DNA of 64,000 nucleotides from Paraspadella gotoi (taxonomy: Eukaryota; Animalia; Chaetognatha): positions 3,069,061 to 3,133,060 of the forward strand of contig CM119271.1 of the NCBI GenBank assembly GCA_051294375.1, written 5' to 3'. Positions within the stretch are counted from its first letter, which is position 1. Every line of letters begins with the position of its first letter. Shown one piece after another: positions 62,693 to 64,000 of the stretch. The translations under genes and the position numbers were made by a program. The notes under the pieces were generated by a model. That model saw only the letters and a program-made list of their open reading frames with translations. It was not told the origin of the DNA and searched no databases.

Positions 62693-63232
62693 ACGAATTT
62701 TTTGTTATGTAGTTTTGTTTTTCTTGTTGTTCCATCGCGCGGATTTCGAAAGGAGATGTCGTGCGGCCCTCGGATCCAGTTAATTTGGGTGAGGAGCATG
62801 AAAAGCCCGACCTTGGTCGGGTTGATATAATTTGTTTCGGCGGAGTCGAGACCGAAGCAGTTATCATTTTTGTTGCCGTTGTTTTTGTTGCTGCCATAGT
62901 TTGTTGTTTTTAAAATGCCAATGATTTATTTACAAATAATAAAGTGATTTAATACAATTTTACTAGATCACGGCCGACCAGAAGCCCGGATCGTTTTGAA
63001 TCGCCAACTTCATCTTCGTTCCTGTTTGTCATTTTAACATTCAGACTATTTCGAACGATTCCAAATGTGATATTAATTATTTCCACAATTTTACGTATTA
63101 TCTCGATCACCCAAAAGTTTATACAAGTCATATTTATGTGTGTAGTAATTTTATAGCCCAAAGATTTTACTGCAACAACGAAAATAAAGAACTCTAGATC
63201 GCGGCTAGAAAAAAAAATCGAATCGAGCGAAA

Positions 63233-64000
63233 ATGGCTCTCAACGGGTCGCACCACGATACTGGCGGACTCGTCGTTTTTCTCGGCGAGAACATCCTTTG
63301 CTATCACGACGGTGTTGAATTGGACTTTGCCAAAACCGACGTAGCAACCATGGCGAAGGTGAGTGGGCCCGTTGGGGGGTATTTGCTTCTTAAAACGTTT
63401 CTTCTACTTCCTTTTTTCTGCGCCTGTTTGTGTCACCTACTTTCACTTCACTCTCCCCTCCTCCTCCCAGGGCACAAAAAAGGGTCGCGCTTACTTAACG
63501 ACGCATCGCGTGATTTTCGTGACCAAGGACACCCGCGACGCCCTAAAGTCCTTCTCTATGGGCTTCTGCTCCATGAAGAACGTCGAGTTGGAGCAGCCCA
63601 TCTTCGGCGCTAACTACCTGAAGGGCCTCGTCTCCGCCGAACCCGGCGGCAAGTGGACGGGCTGCGCCGAGTTTAAGATACGGTTCAACAAGGGAGGCTG
63701 CATAGAGTTCGGAACGGCGATGCTGAAGGTTTGTTCGTCACGATGGAACCGGTCACGAAACATGAGCGCGAAAGCCCCTTCTCATCGCGAAAATTTACAT
63801 ATCCCAGGCGGCGTCTATGGCCTCCCGATTCACCGGGCCCCAGTTCGCGCCCCCGCCCTACTCTTACGAGAACCAGAACGTGCAACCCGCGCAACCGTCG
63901 ATGTACGTTCCTCCACCGGGAGCGTACGGATGGGTCATGCACGACGAGTATCTTTATCCCCCGCCGACCTCCGGTGAGATTATAACGTACATTATAACAT
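63233..64000 (+). CDS. WBP2: WW domain-binding protein 2 (GRAM domain plus PPxY), truncated by the window end
   Basis: MALNGSH, KGRAYLTTHRVIF, LEQPIFGANYLKG, FNKGGCIEFG and a downstream PPPY motif. Confidence 0.92.

Overview
Eukaryotic (metazoan, invertebrate-like) nuclear DNA from a compact genome, with GC-rich exons, mostly short AT-rich introns (about 40-100 nt) and short spacers. I reconstructed 22 protein-coding genes by hand, all on the + strand: MARCH5, a p53/p63-family factor, KLHDC8-like, KDM1A, an ALK4/5/7-type TGF-beta receptor, TMEM258, OMA1, an orphan gene, MSL2, MsrB, hnRNP K, EMC1, a second orphan, hnRNP A1-like, PDCD2, two tandem RDH11/12-like SDRs, ATP synthase g, a DUF1295 protein, a C2H2 zinc-finger protein, DPM1 and WBP2 (partial). 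The main signal is the unbroken head-to-tail organisation. Many stop-to-start spacers are only 160-470 nt and contain an unpaired splice acceptor just before the next ATG, which suggests polycistronic transcription resolved by trans-splicing (inference). Introns show relaxed splice signals and carry small mobile-element relics: tRNA-derived SINEs, a Penelope-type minimal hammerhead, and MITE-like and Helentron-like elements. Gene identities come from recalled family motifs; no searches were run and the organism is not identified.
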